A stretch of DNA of 64,000 nucleotides from Vicinamibacteria bacterium (GTDB taxonomy: Bacteria; Acidobacteriota; Vicinamibacteria; Marinacidobacterales; Marinacidobacteraceae): contig OZ219815.1 of NCBI GenBank assembly GCA_964291235.2, positions 608,001 through 672,000 on the forward strand, written 5' to 3'. This document shows, piece after piece, positions 26,964-36,771 of this stretch. Numbering within the stretch: position 1 is the stretch's first letter; each line of letters starts with the position of its first letter. A program made the translations under genes and the position numbers. The notes beneath the pieces are model-generated. The model saw only the letters and a list, made by a program, of their open reading frames with translations. It had not been told where the DNA came from and did no database searches.

Positions 26964-27742
26964 CCCGGCGACCGGGCGCGCCGACGCCGGCGGAAATCAT
27001 GGTCTTCGCGGCCTGTCGCGAGGTGCGCGACCGGGACTCCGTGTTTGTCGGGGTAGGCCTACCCAACCTCGCCGTGCAGCTCGCCCTTCGGCTCCACGCG
27101 CCGCGCTGTCACCTCATCTACGAGTCCGGGGTGTTCGGCGCCCGCCCCGTCCGGCTGCCGATCTCCATCGGGGACCCGTGCCTCGTGACCGGGGCCGCTC
27201 AGGTGCTCCCGATGGCGGAAACATTCCTGTATTTCCTGCAGGGCGGGCGCACCGATCTGGGTTTTCTGGGCGCCGCCCAGATCGACCGCTACGGCAACCT
27301 CAACACAACAGTGGTGGGACCCGACTACGACCGGCCCAAGGTGCGTCTTCCGGGCGCCGGAGGAGCTCCCGATATCGCCCTGAACGCGAGTCGGACCGTG
27401 ATCATCGCGCGGCAGGATCGACGGAAGTTCGTCGAGACGCTCGACTTCCGCACCACCGTCGGCTGGGCGGAGGGCGGCAGGAGCCGGGAGGCGATCGGCG
27501 CGCCGGGAGGCGGTCCCGTCCGGGTGATCAGCGACCTCGGGGTGTATGGATTTGCCGGGGAGACCCGGGAGATGACGCTCGAATCGGTCCATCCCGGAGT
27601 GACCCTGGATCAGGTGCAGGACGCGACCGGCTGGGATCTCAAGGTGTCCTCCTCGCTGGGCGTCACCGAGGCGCCGGACGAAACGATGCTCCGGCTACTC
27701 AGAGAGGAACTGGATCCGGATCGGATCTACCTCAAGGGTTGA
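26960..27742 (+). CDS. CoA-transferase subunit B (glutaconate CoA-transferase type)
   Basis: FVGVGLP, LIYESG (catalytic Glu), GAAQIDRYGNLN, RLPGAGGA. Confidence 0.9.
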   Translation: MTRRPGAPTPAEIMVFAACREVRDRDSVFVGVGLPNLAVQLALRLHAPRCHLIYESGVFGARPVRLPISIGDPCLVTGAAQVLPMAETFLYFLQGGRTDLGFLGAAQIDRYGNLNTTVVGPDYDRPKVRLPGAGGAPDIALNASRTVIIARQDRRKFVETLDFRTTVGWAEGGRSREAIGAPGGGPVRVISDLGVYGFAGETREMTLESVHPGVTLDQVQDATGWDLKVSSSLGVTEAPDETMLRLLREELDPDRIYLKG

Positions 27743-28512
27743 TGTACGGCGCGGTCATCGGCGACTACGTCGGCTCGCGCTACGAGTTCGGAAACCACCG
27801 CTCGACCCGGTTCGAGTTCTTTGGCTCCGGATGCCATTTCACGGACGACACGGTCTGTACGGCCGCCGTCGCCGACATCCTGCTCCACGGCCGCGACCCG
27901 GTGGCGACCATGCAGGCGTGGTGCCGGCGCTATCCGGACTGCAGTTGGGGCGGCCGATTCGGCCGGTGGATTCACGAACCAGCGCCGGCCCCTTACGGCA
28001 GTTACGGCAACGGAGCCGCGATGCGGGTCTCGCCGGCCGCGTTCCTGCATCGCGCCCGCCCGCTGGCCGAAGCCCTCGCCGCCGCCGATCGCGTCACCAG
28101 GATCACCCACGATCACCCGGAGGGGATGAAGGGCGCCCGCGCCACCACCCACGCGATCTGGCTGGCGTTCCAGGGAGAGACTGCCGGACCGATCGCGGCC
28201 GCAATCCACAAGACCTACGGGTACGACCTCTCGCGGAGCGTCGCCACCATCCGCGAGACCCACGAGTACAACGAGACGTGTCAGCGGACCGTGCCCGAGG
28301 CGCTGGTGTGCGCCTTTGAGGCCACAAACTTCGAACAGGCCATCCGGAACGCGGTTTCCCTCGGTGGCGATGCCGACACCCTGGCCGCGATTGCGGGACC
28401 GGTCGCGGAAGCCCTCTACGGCATTCCCCCGGATTTCATCTCCCTGGTGGAGACCGGGGTTCTCGGCGACGCACCGGACATCCTCGCAGTCTTGAACGCG
28501 ATGTACGCGTAG
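27742..28512 (+). CDS. ADP-ribosylglycohydrolase-family protein
   Basis: MYGAVIGD, FTDDT, SYGNGAAMR, THDHPEG, GGDADT; TGATG coupling to the previous gene. Confidence 0.9.
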   Translation: MYGAVIGDYVGSRYEFGNHRSTRFEFFGSGCHFTDDTVCTAAVADILLHGRDPVATMQAWCRRYPDCSWGGRFGRWIHEPAPAPYGSYGNGAAMRVSPAAFLHRARPLAEALAAADRVTRITHDHPEGMKGARATTHAIWLAFQGETAGPIAAAIHKTYGYDLSRSVATIRETHEYNETCQRTVPEALVCAFEATNFEQAIRNAVSLGGDADTLAAIAGPVAEALYGIPPDFISLVETGVLGDAPDILAVLNAMYA

Positions 28513-28537
28513 CGCCCACGCGCGTGGGCGCGCCCCG

Positions 28538-31164
28538 TCAGTGTTGCCAGGAGTCGGCGATCGTGACATCGGCCACCAGGGGGACCCTGAGTTCCGCGAC
28601 GGATTCCATCTCGTGGCGGACGACCTCCCCGACGGCTTCGGCCTCGGCGGCATCTACTTCGACGAGCAGTTCGTCATGGACCTGAAGCAGCAGGAGTCCT
28701 GAAGTAGGCGCCAGCGCCCGGTCCACGCCGAGCATGGCGATCTTGATGAGGTCGGCCGCCGTCCCCTGGATCGGGGCGTTCACCGCCATCCGCTCCGCGG
28801 CCTCTCGCCGGGCCCGCTGGGTGGTGCGGATCTCGGGGATGTGCCGCTGTCTGCCGAAGAGAGTGGTCACGCGCCCCGTCGTGCGGGCTTCCTCCCGGAT
28901 CGCCTCGATCAGGTCCGCAACCCGGGCGTAGCGGGCGAAGTAGGCGTCGATGAAAGCCTTCGCCTCTCCCGTCGAAACACCGATCTCCTTGGCCAGGGTG
29001 AACGCCGTCTTTCCGTAGATGACCGAGAAGTTCACGATCTTGGCCCGCCGGCGCGCCTCTGCCGGGCTCAGACCGAAGTCCCCGAAGACCTCGCCCGCGG
29101 TACGGGCGTGGATGTCTTCCCCGACCGGAACGCTTCGATGAGTACCGGATCGCCGCTCAGATGGGCCAGGATGCGGAGTTCGATCTGCGAGTAATCCGCC
29201 GACAGCAGACGTTTCCCGGGAGCGGCAATGAAAGCCTCGCGGACCTGGCGGCCAAGGTCGGAGCGGACCGGGATGTTCTGCAGATTGGGATCCGAGCTCG
29301 AAAGCCGCCCGGTCGCGGCCACCGCCTGGTGCAGTCGAGTGTGGAGCCGGCCGGTTCCCCTGGCGACGAGCGCGGGCAGCGGGTCCACATACGTGCTCCT
29401 GAGCTTCGCGACCTCGCGGTATTCGAGGACCAGTCGCGGCACCTCGTGGTAGAGCGCGAGGTCTTCGAGCACATCCGCCCGGGTGGAGGCGCGCTTGAGC
29501 TTTTGGGTCTTCGCGGTCTGCGGAAGCTGCAACTTGTCGAAGAGAACCTCCCCGAGCTGCTTGGGACTCTGGATGTCGAAACGCATCCCGGAGAGCTCGT
29601 GGATTCGACCGGTCAGTTCCTCGAGCCGTGCCTCCAGCTCCTTGCTCAACGTACCGAGAGCCGCGGTGTCGAGGCAGATGCCACGGGTCTCGATACGGGC
29701 GAGCACGGGCAGCAGGGGCATCTCGATGTCGCGAAAGACACCGGAGAGACCCTCGGCCTCGAGGAGGCTGTCCAGTTCTTCCGCGAGTTGGTGCTGCCAG
29801 GCCGCCGCGACGGCCAATCGCTCGTCGGGTGTCGGGGTACCGAAGAGACTGGCCTGCTCCGGGCGCGGCTCGGGGAGGGCGAGGCTCACATAGTCGCGGA
29901 GCACATCGGAGAATCCCTGGGCCCGACGAGTCGTGTTGAGCAACCAGGCGGCCACCTGGGAGTCGTGGGCTACCTCCGGCAACCGTCCGCCCTGTTCGAG
30001 CCACCAACGAACGAACGGCTGCACGCCGTGACCGATCAGCGCTACACCGTCCGCAAGTGCCGGCCGGAGTGTCGCGACCAGGTCCTGGTCCCCGATCCGG
30101 GGGCCGACCGCAACCAGCAGCGGGTCCGTAGCGGAGGAGGCGATCCCGAGCGCGGTCAGCGGCGCCGGGTCACGGTCCCGGGACGCGCCGAACATCGCAT
30201 GGACCGAGAGCCGCCCCGTGCGCCGGGCGCGTTCGACAACGCCGGCGACATCGGCGGGTCCGGCAGCGGTCTTCACGGCGGGAAGCCGCGCCGGGGCGGC
30301 CGGCGCCAGGTCTCTGGCGTGGGTCCGGAGTTCGAGCTCCTCGAGCAGCTCGCGGGCGTCCTCCATCCGGGGGCCGTTGTACCGGAGGCCTTCGAGCTTC
30401 TCACCGGCCTCGGGGACGGGAACATCGAGCCGTAGCCGGGCGAGTTCCCGCGAAAGCCGGGCAGAGGCCGCGTGCTCGTCGAGCAGGGCGGCTGTCCGCT
30501 TCCGCGCGACTTCGCCGGTGCGGGCCAGGATCTCCTCGACGCCGCCGAACGAAGCGATGAGAGTCGCCGCGGTCTTGGGACCGATCCCCGGAACCCCGGG
30601 GATGTTGTCCACGGAGTCCCCGACGAGGCCGAGATAGTCGGGCACCCGCTCCGGCGGCACCTTCAGTTTCGCCTCCACCCCATCCCGATCGAGCCGCCTG
30701 GCGGTGTCGGCCGGCGGTACGACGCTGACCCGGTCGTCAACAAGCTGGAGCAGGTCCTTGTCGCCGGAAACGACCAACACCCGGTACCCTCTGCCGCTCC
30801 CGGCGCGCGCGAGAGTTCCGATCACATCGTCCGCTTCCACTCCGGCGACCTCGACAACCGTCACTCCCAGCACCCGCGAAAGATCCCGCGTGAACGGAAC
30901 CTGCTGCGCCAGTTCGACCGGCATTTCCGGCCGGTTCGCCTTGTACTCGGGATAGGCCTCGTGACGGAAGGTGGGGCCCGGCGCGTCGAAGGCCACCGCG
31001 GCGAACTCGGGAGCCTCCTCCCGGAGAATCTTCCGGAGCGTGGCGACGAAACCGTGGAGGGCGCCGTTCGGCAGGCCGTCGGACCGGGTCAGCCGGGGCA
31101 TCGCGAAGAACGAACGGAACAGCAGGTTGTTGCCGTCCACCAGCAGCAGCGTCGCTTCAGCCAT
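28538..31164 (-). CDS. polA: DNA polymerase I, with a frameshift at about 29119-29122
   Basis: 5'-exonuclease motifs LVDG, EADD, GDSVDNIPGVPGIG. Motif A (SADYSQIELR) is in one frame; EDIH, AKIVNFSVIYG and LQVHDEL are in the next frame. Confidence 0.95.
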
Positions 31165-31203
31165 CAAATATCGGAAACGCCCGGATTCTACGCAGCGGCG
31201 GCT

Positions 31204-31872
31204 GTGGTCCTCGCGGTTGGAGCCGGGCTCGGGTGCGCTCCGGCAGCGTGGGAAGAGCACCACCGGCTCGGACTCGACGGGTCCGGGCGCACCGTAGTTC
31301 GCATCTCCTCCGACCTGCTGCCCGGCAATACCCCGGTAGAAGCCCTCGTCACGCTCCGCGACCGGCTTTCCGGCGACGGGTTGACCGTCACCAGGACGCG
31401 CACCCGACGACGGGGACACGTCGAGGCCGTGGTCACCTTCGATTCCATCTCGAGTCTGTGCGAGACGGCCCTCCTCCGCCGCACCTGCGGCCTGCGGCGT
31501 ACCGCGGACGGAGGATTCGATCTAAAGATGACGATCGAGCCCCAGCCGAACCTTCGCGCGCCGCCCGGGGAAGCCGTCGAGATCCGCCTGCGGACCGAAG
31601 GAAGGATCCTGGAGCACAACAGCGACAGCCGGCTCCAGCGGGGAAACGTCCTGTCCTGGGGTCGGCCGCTCGACCAGTTCCTGGGAGAGGGACTGACCGT
31701 GCGGGTGCGGACCGACGGGACCAGCGTCTTCGCCGCGACGACGCGAATCGTGTTCCGGGGTGCGGTCATCGCGCTCGGAATCGTGGGACTTGGTCTGGCG
31801 CTGTTGGTGATCGAAGGGCGAAGGCGCCTCCGGCGGGAGAAGCGGAACGAGGAAATGGCTTCGGACGCGTGA
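31204..31872 (+). CDS. Hypothetical envelope protein (possible lipoprotein with C-terminal TM helix); start uncertain
   Basis: AGLG-C lipobox-like motif, LGLDGSG, C-terminal hydrophobic helix followed by a basic tail; fills the gap between polA and the ABC operon. Confidence 0.6.
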   Translation: MVLAVGAGLGCAPAAWEEHHRLGLDGSGRTVVRISSDLLPGNTPVEALVTLRDRLSGDGLTVTRTRTRRRGHVEAVVTFDSISSLCETALLRRTCGLRRTADGGFDLKMTIEPQPNLRAPPGEAVEIRLRTEGRILEHNSDSRLQRGNVLSWGRPLDQFLGEGLTVRVRTDGTSVFAATTRIVFRGAVIALGIVGLGLALLVIEGRRRLRREKRNEEMASDA

Positions 31873-31884
31873 CGCTGGTTCGTT

Positions 31885-32802
31885 TCAACCGATCAGCGTC
31901 TCGAAGAACTCCGCCGCGACGTCAGCCGGCTGTTCCCCACCCACGTCCACCCGGCGGTTGAGCGCCCGCATCGTCTCGGTGCTGATCGCGCCGCCGAGAC
32001 GCTCAGCCAGTTCAGCCACCGCGGGGTGGGCGTCCGCCCGGTAGAGCAGCGCGGACTCGTAGGGGGGGAACCAGCCGAGGTCGTCCTCAAGAACGAGCAG
32101 ATCCAGCTTGGAGATCCGCCCATCCGTGGAGTTGCCGACCGCCACATCGGCCTGACCTGCCTCCATCACCTGGAAGACCATGTCCACTTCGACCTCGATC
32201 GACTCGGGCTGTTCGCTGAAGCCGTAGTGCTCCATCATCCCGCGGAGGCCGTCGGCCCTCTCGAAGAACGGATATCCGGCGACGAAGAGGTACCCGGAAA
32301 TCCGGGCCAGGTCGGAAATCGTCCGCAGGCCGCGCTCTCGCGCGAAGTCCCGGGGAACCGCGAGCACGTAGTCGTTCGAGAAACCGATCGGCGGGCCGAG
32401 CAGGAGATCGAAGCGCTCCCGGTAGAGATTCTTCACCCGCTGGTAGATCTCTCCGGCGGTCTGTCCCGCGACGAACGTCTCGCGCATGATCGCCGAGTAG
32501 GACGTCCCGGTGTATTCGATGTAGCAGTCGAGATCTCCGTTCACGATGGCGGTGTGCAGGACGAAGGTCTGCATCTGGAACCGTTCGGTGACCGCCAGCC
32601 CCGACGCCCTGAGGAGACGCGCGAGCAGCTCTCCCAGGATGATCTGTTCCGAATACGTCTTGGCCCCGAGCACTGCCGACGGCCCCTGGGGGCCACAGCG
32701 TGTTCCCCCGAGCCCGGGCGCGAGCAGGGCGCCGGAAGCACCCAAGTGCCGGAGGAAACGGCGGCGGCGCATGCCGCTGGCGGTGGGGAGGGTCGCTGTC
32801 AT
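31885..32802 (-). CDS. Osmoprotectant (glycine betaine/choline) ABC substrate-binding protein, Tat signal
   Basis: RRRFL; GAKTYSEQIILGE, YIEYTGT, STDGRI, LEDDLGWFPPY. Confidence 0.9.
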   Translation of the reverse strand: MTATLPTASGMRRRRFLRHLGASGALLAPGLGGTRCGPQGPSAVLGAKTYSEQIILGELLARLLRASGLAVTERFQMQTFVLHTAIVNGDLDCYIEYTGTSYSAIMRETFVAGQTAGEIYQRVKNLYRERFDLLLGPPIGFSNDYVLAVPRDFARERGLRTISDLARISGYLFVAGYPFFERADGLRGMMEHYGFSEQPESIEVEVDMVFQVMEAGQADVAVGNSTDGRISKLDLLVLEDDLGWFPPYESALLYRADAHPAVAELAERLGGAISTETMRALNRRVDVGGEQPADVAAEFFETLIG

Positions 32803-33449
32803 GGGGAAACGGCTGCCCGCGACGCCACGAGGCGCGATTCGAGCTTCGCGAGGCCGGCGTCGGCGAGCAACGCGAGGAAGGCCGAGGGTATCGCCCCGGC
32901 GAAGAGCAGCCGCGAATCCAGCATGGCCAGCCCGCGAAAGATCAGCGACCCGAGGCCGCCAGCGCCGACCGCAGCCGCGATCGTCACCAGGCCGACACCG
33001 ACCACGGTCGCGATCCGGATGCCCGAGAAGATGGAAGGGAGGGCGAGCGGCACCTCAACCAGCGTCAGCCGTTGCCAATCGGTCATCCCCATGCCGTTGG
33101 CAGCGTCGAGGATGGCCGGATCGACCTGTTTCACCCCGGTGACCGTGTTGCGGAGGATGGGCAACAGCGCGTAGAGGACGAGCGCGATGATCGCGGTCCG
33201 GCTACCGATGCCGCCAAGAAACGGCAGTGGGATCAGGAGACCGAAAAGCGCGAGCGACGGCACCGTCTGGATGACCCCGGCGAAGCCAAGCACCGGGCGC
33301 GCCAGAGCCGGAATCCGCGTGATGGCAAGGCCGAGCGGAACGGCGATCAGCACGCCCGCCACCGTGGAAATCACCACCAGCACCACATGCTCGAGCGTGA
33401 GGCTGAGAATCTCGGTCGAGCGGCTCGCCAGGAACTCCAGGAAGCTCAT
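32799..33449 (-). CDS. Osmoprotectant ABC permease (OpuCB-like)
   Basis: QTVPSLALFG, AANGMGMT, GAGGLG. Confidence 0.92.
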   Translation of the reverse strand: MSFLEFLASRSTEILSLTLEHVVLVVISTVAGVLIAVPLGLAITRIPALARPVLGFAGVIQTVPSLALFGLLIPLPFLGGIGSRTAIIALVLYALLPILRNTVTGVKQVDPAILDAANGMGMTDWQRLTLVEVPLALPSIFSGIRIATVVGVGLVTIAAAVGAGGLGSLIFRGLAMLDSRLLFAGAIPSAFLALLADAGLAKLESRLVASRAAVSP

Positions 33450-34195
33450 CCGCCGGCCCCGATCGTGGCGCCCTCGATGAGGCCGCGGACCAGATCGTCA
33501 GCCGGCGCCTCCCGGATTTCCCGCGGCGTCGCCAACTGGCGGATCCCGCCGTCGGCGACCACCGCGATGCGGTCCGCCAGGCGGAAGGCTTCCGTAACGT
33601 CATGGGTGACGAAGAGCACGGTCTTGCCCAGCTCGCGCGCCAGGGATCGAAACTCCTCCTGAAGACTGCGCCGCCCGATCGGGTCCACCGCGCCGAAGGG
33701 CTCGTCCATGAGCAGCGCCTGTGGGTCGGCCGCCAGGGAACGCGCGACCCCGACGCGCTGGCGCTGCCCGCCGGATAGCTGATCCGGGCGGCGGCGCCCG
33801 TGCTCGTGAGGGTCGAGACCGACCAGGAGCAGCATCTCGGCGGCCCGCTCGCGGCGGCGATCGGGACTCCAGCCCAGCAGGCGGGGCACGAGCGAGACGT
33901 TCTCGCTCACGCTCAGGTGCGGCAGCAAACCCACGCCCTGGATCGCGTATCCGATGCCGCGCCGGAGTTCGACCGCATCCCAGTCGTTCACCTCGCGATC
34001 ACCCACGCGCACCTCTCCGGAATCGGCGGAAACCAGTCGGTTCACGAGGCGCAGCAGCGTCGTCTTCCCGCAGCCGCTCCGGCCGAGCAGGACGAGAATC
34101 TCTCCGGGCGTTACCTCGAGCGACACGCGGTTGAGGACGGTCTTGCCGCCAAAACGCTTTACGACCTCCCGGAAGGAGATCGCGACCCCTTTCAC
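33446..34195 (-). CDS. Osmoprotectant ABC ATP-binding protein
   Basis: GRSGCGKTT, LRRGIGYAIQ, LSGGQRQRVGVAR, LMDEPFGAVDP. Confidence 0.93.
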   Translation of the reverse strand: MKGVAISFREVVKRFGGKTVLNRVSLEVTPGEILVLLGRSGCGKTTLLRLVNRLVSADSGEVRVGDREVNDWDAVELRRGIGYAIQGVGLLPHLSVSENVSLVPRLLGWSPDRRRERAAEMLLLVGLDPHEHGRRRPDQLSGGQRQRVGVARSLAADPQALLMDEPFGAVDPIGRRSLQEEFRSLARELGKTVLFVTHDVTEAFRLADRIAVVADGGIRQLATPREIREAPADDLVRGLIEGATIGAGG

Positions 34196-34869
34196 CGCGC
34201 CGTAGAGGATCCCGGCGCCTCGGTTGGTTGTCCCTCGACCAGCACCTCGTCGGCCATTCCGGCAAAGAGTCCCGAGTCGAGCACTCCGGGGATTTCGCGA
34301 ATCTCCCGGTGAAGCGCCGCCGGATCCGTGATTTCGCCGAAAGAGGCGTTGACGAGCAGATTCCCGTTGTCGGTCACGAATGGCTCCTCACCGGCTTCCA
34401 TGCGGATGCGGGCCTCGGCCCCCATCGTCGTGAGGGCCCTTTCGACCTGCGGTGCGGCAAAGGGAATCGCTTCCACGGGGACGGAGCGCTGGGCGCCGAG
34501 CCGGTGCGAGAGCTTCTCGGGACCCACCAGCACCACGAAGCGCGAGGCCGCCGCGGCGACGACCCGCTCCCGGACCAGCGCCCCGCCGTGTCCCTTGATG
34601 AGATTCAGGTCCGGGTCCACCTCGTCGGCGCCGTCCACCGCGAGGTCCACGGCGGCCACCTCCCCGAAGGTAACCAGCGGAATCCCGAGCGAGCGGGCCA
34701 GGCGGTCGGTGGCGAGCGAAGTGGGAATTCCCCGGACCGCGAGCCCGTCCCGCACCCTCGCTCCCAGTTCCCGGACGAAACCGGCGGCCGCCCGCCCGGT
34801 GCCAAGTCCGATCACCATTCCGGATTGCGCCCACGAAGCGGCCCGGACGGCGATCTCCCAGTTACTCAA
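34192..34869 (-). CDS. rpiA: Ribose-5-phosphate isomerase A
   Basis: GLGTG, DGADEVD, IKGHGGAL, TDNGN. Confidence 0.93.
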   Translation of the reverse strand: MSNWEIAVRAASWAQSGMVIGLGTGRAAAGFVRELGARVRDGLAVRGIPTSLATDRLARSLGIPLVTFGEVAAVDLAVDGADEVDPDLNLIKGHGGALVRERVVAAAASRFVVLVGPEKLSHRLGAQRSVPVEAIPFAAPQVERALTTMGAEARIRMEAGEEPFVTDNGNLLVNASFGEITDPAALHREIREIPGVLDSGLFAGMADEVLVEGQPTEAPGSSTAR

Positions 34870-34901
34870 GGCGGCTTGCGAGAGAGTACCGTCAGCAGCC
34901 C

Positions 34902-36749
34902 ATGGAGGAAAACCGAGGCGATGCGGTCACCCGGCTGCTGCCCTCGCCGCGCCGGTTTGAACGCCTGCCGGGCACGTTCCGCCCTGGGGTCCGCTCCCGG
35001 ATCGTCCCCGGTGCGGGAACCCCGGCGGAGCACGAGGCGGCAACGGTCCTTCAAGCTCGGCTCGGGGAGCGCGCCTCGGCGGGCGTCACCGTCGCCGCGT
35101 CGCCGACAACCGCCACCGGAAACCTTGTCCTGACCGAAGCCGGGGAGGACCCCGAGGGCTTCGACCTCCGGGTGGAGGCGGCGGGCGTGGTCCTTCGAGG
35201 GGGCGCGGCCGGACTGCGCTACGGAGCCGAAGCCCTGGCCCAACTCCTCGGCCCGGACGGCGGAATTCCCGCCGTTCACGTCCAGGACTCCCCCGCCCTC
35301 CGGCGGCGCGGCTTCTTGCTCGATATCTCCCGCGGCAGGGTCCCCCGCCCGGAAACCATCCGCGAGCTCATCGAAACCCTGGCGCGTCTTCGCTACAACG
35401 AGCTGCTGCTCTACACGGAGCACACCTTCCTGTTTGAAAAGCACCCCGAGATCGGCGCGGAGTCGGGGGGCTACTCGGCGTCCGAACTTCGTGATCTCGA
35501 CGCCTGCGCCCGACGGCACGGGGTGGAACTCGTCCCCTGCCTCCAGACGTTCGGCCACTTCCGGCGCATCCTGGAGAAGGCCCCCTACCGGTGCCTCGCG
35601 GAATCGGACCGGCTCTGGTCGGCCTCTCCGGAAGCGCCCGGGACCTATCCGCTGCTCGAGGACATGCTGGAGGAATTCCTCCCGAACTTCGGCTCGGGCT
35701 GGGCCCACCTCAACTGTGACGAGCCGGTGGACCTCGGAAAGGGGCTTTCCCGGGAACGGGAGGCCCGCGAAGGGCCTGCGGCGGTCTTCGCAGGACACGT
35801 GAACCGGGTCGCCGCCATGGCGCGGAATCTCGGGAAGCGTCCGATGATCTGGGCTGATGTGCTGGCCGACCACCCCGAGGCGCTCGATCTGCTGGACGCG
35901 GACATCGTGCTCTGCGATTGGTGGTACGAACCGGATCACGACTTCGATCGGGTGCGGCGCTTTCGGGACGCCGGCCGAGATTTCCTGAGCGTCGCCGGTA
36001 CCTCGTCGTGGAGCAGCCTGTTCCCACGCCTCGATACCTCCCTGCCGAACGTCCGGGGACACGCCCGCGCTGCAAAACGGTTCGGAGCCTCGGGGTTCAT
36101 CATGACCGACTGGGGAGACGGGGGACACTTCAACCTGTTCGGGGGCTCCCTGTATCCGATCGCGGCGGCCGCCCAGGCCGCCTGGGGAGACGAAGATCGG
36201 GAAGAGACCGAGTTTGCGGCGGCGTTCTCGGAACACGTGGCCGGGGATGCGTCCGGGTTTTCGGGAGACTTCTGCCGCCGCTTGGGGCGGCTGCACGACG
36301 CCGGGTTCTCCCATTTCAACCATTCCCCCCTGAAGACGGTCTTCTTCGACACCCGGCTCCGCAGAAGCCCCCGCACACCGGCCCGGCAAGCGCTGGAAGC
36401 CACCCTCCGGGAACTGCGCCGGCTGGCCGCCGAGGTGGGCACCCGCGGCCTTCCCTCGGGCCCCTCCGGGGCCGAGTGGCGGTTCGTGCTGGACGCCTCC
36501 TTGCTCGGCGCGGAGCGCGGTCTCGCGGCGCTTCGCTTGCGTGATGCCGAGCGCCGGGAGAATCGGGAAGACCGCCAGCTCGCCGCGGAACTCACCTCCC
36601 TGGCCGACCGGCAACGCGGCCTCGCCCGCCGGTTCCGGAAGCTGTGGCTGGCCACGAACCGACCGGAGGGCATCGAAACGGCGCAGAAGCTCTTTCGGAA
36701 CGCGGTAAGGGCGCTCCGGAGGGCCGCTCGTTCCCTCGCGCCTGACTAA
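34902..36749 (+). CDS. GH20 beta-N-acetylhexosaminidase-family protein
   Basis: RGFLLDISRGRVP, LYTEHTF, LVPCLQTFGH, catalytic HLNCDE, TDWGDGG. Confidence 0.88.
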   Translation: MEENRGDAVTRLLPSPRRFERLPGTFRPGVRSRIVPGAGTPAEHEAATVLQARLGERASAGVTVAASPTTATGNLVLTEAGEDPEGFDLRVEAAGVVLRGGAAGLRYGAEALAQLLGPDGGIPAVHVQDSPALRRRGFLLDISRGRVPRPETIRELIETLARLRYNELLLYTEHTFLFEKHPEIGAESGGYSASELRDLDACARRHGVELVPCLQTFGHFRRILEKAPYRCLAESDRLWSASPEAPGTYPLLEDMLEEFLPNFGSGWAHLNCDEPVDLGKGLSREREAREGPAAVFAGHVNRVAAMARNLGKRPMIWADVLADHPEALDLLDADIVLCDWWYEPDHDFDRVRRFRDAGRDFLSVAGTSSWSSLFPRLDTSLPNVRGHARAAKRFGASGFIMTDWGDGGHFNLFGGSLYPIAAAAQAAWGDEDREETEFAAAFSEHVAGDASGFSGDFCRRLGRLHDAGFSHFNHSPLKTVFFDTRLRRSPRTPARQALEATLRELRRLAAEVGTRGLPSGPSGAEWRFVLDASLLGAERGLAALRLRDAERRENREDRQLAAELTSLADRQRGLARRFRKLWLATNRPEGIETAQKLFRNAVRALRRAARSLAPD

Positions 36750-36771
36750 CCCAGCGTCAGGACGGAAAACG

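Noticed and set aside
26701-28512. 603-aa ORF, and similar long extensions at 21619-22791, 43813-44979 and 50076-51563
   Set aside because: Only the C-terminal portions are recognisable proteins. The extensions are off-frame overlaps that stay open because of high GC.
29100-29140. Programmed -1 ribosomal frameshift in polA (and in rlmN)
   Set aside because: No X-XXY-YYZ slippery heptamer, and I know no precedent in these genes; a homopolymer error is simpler.
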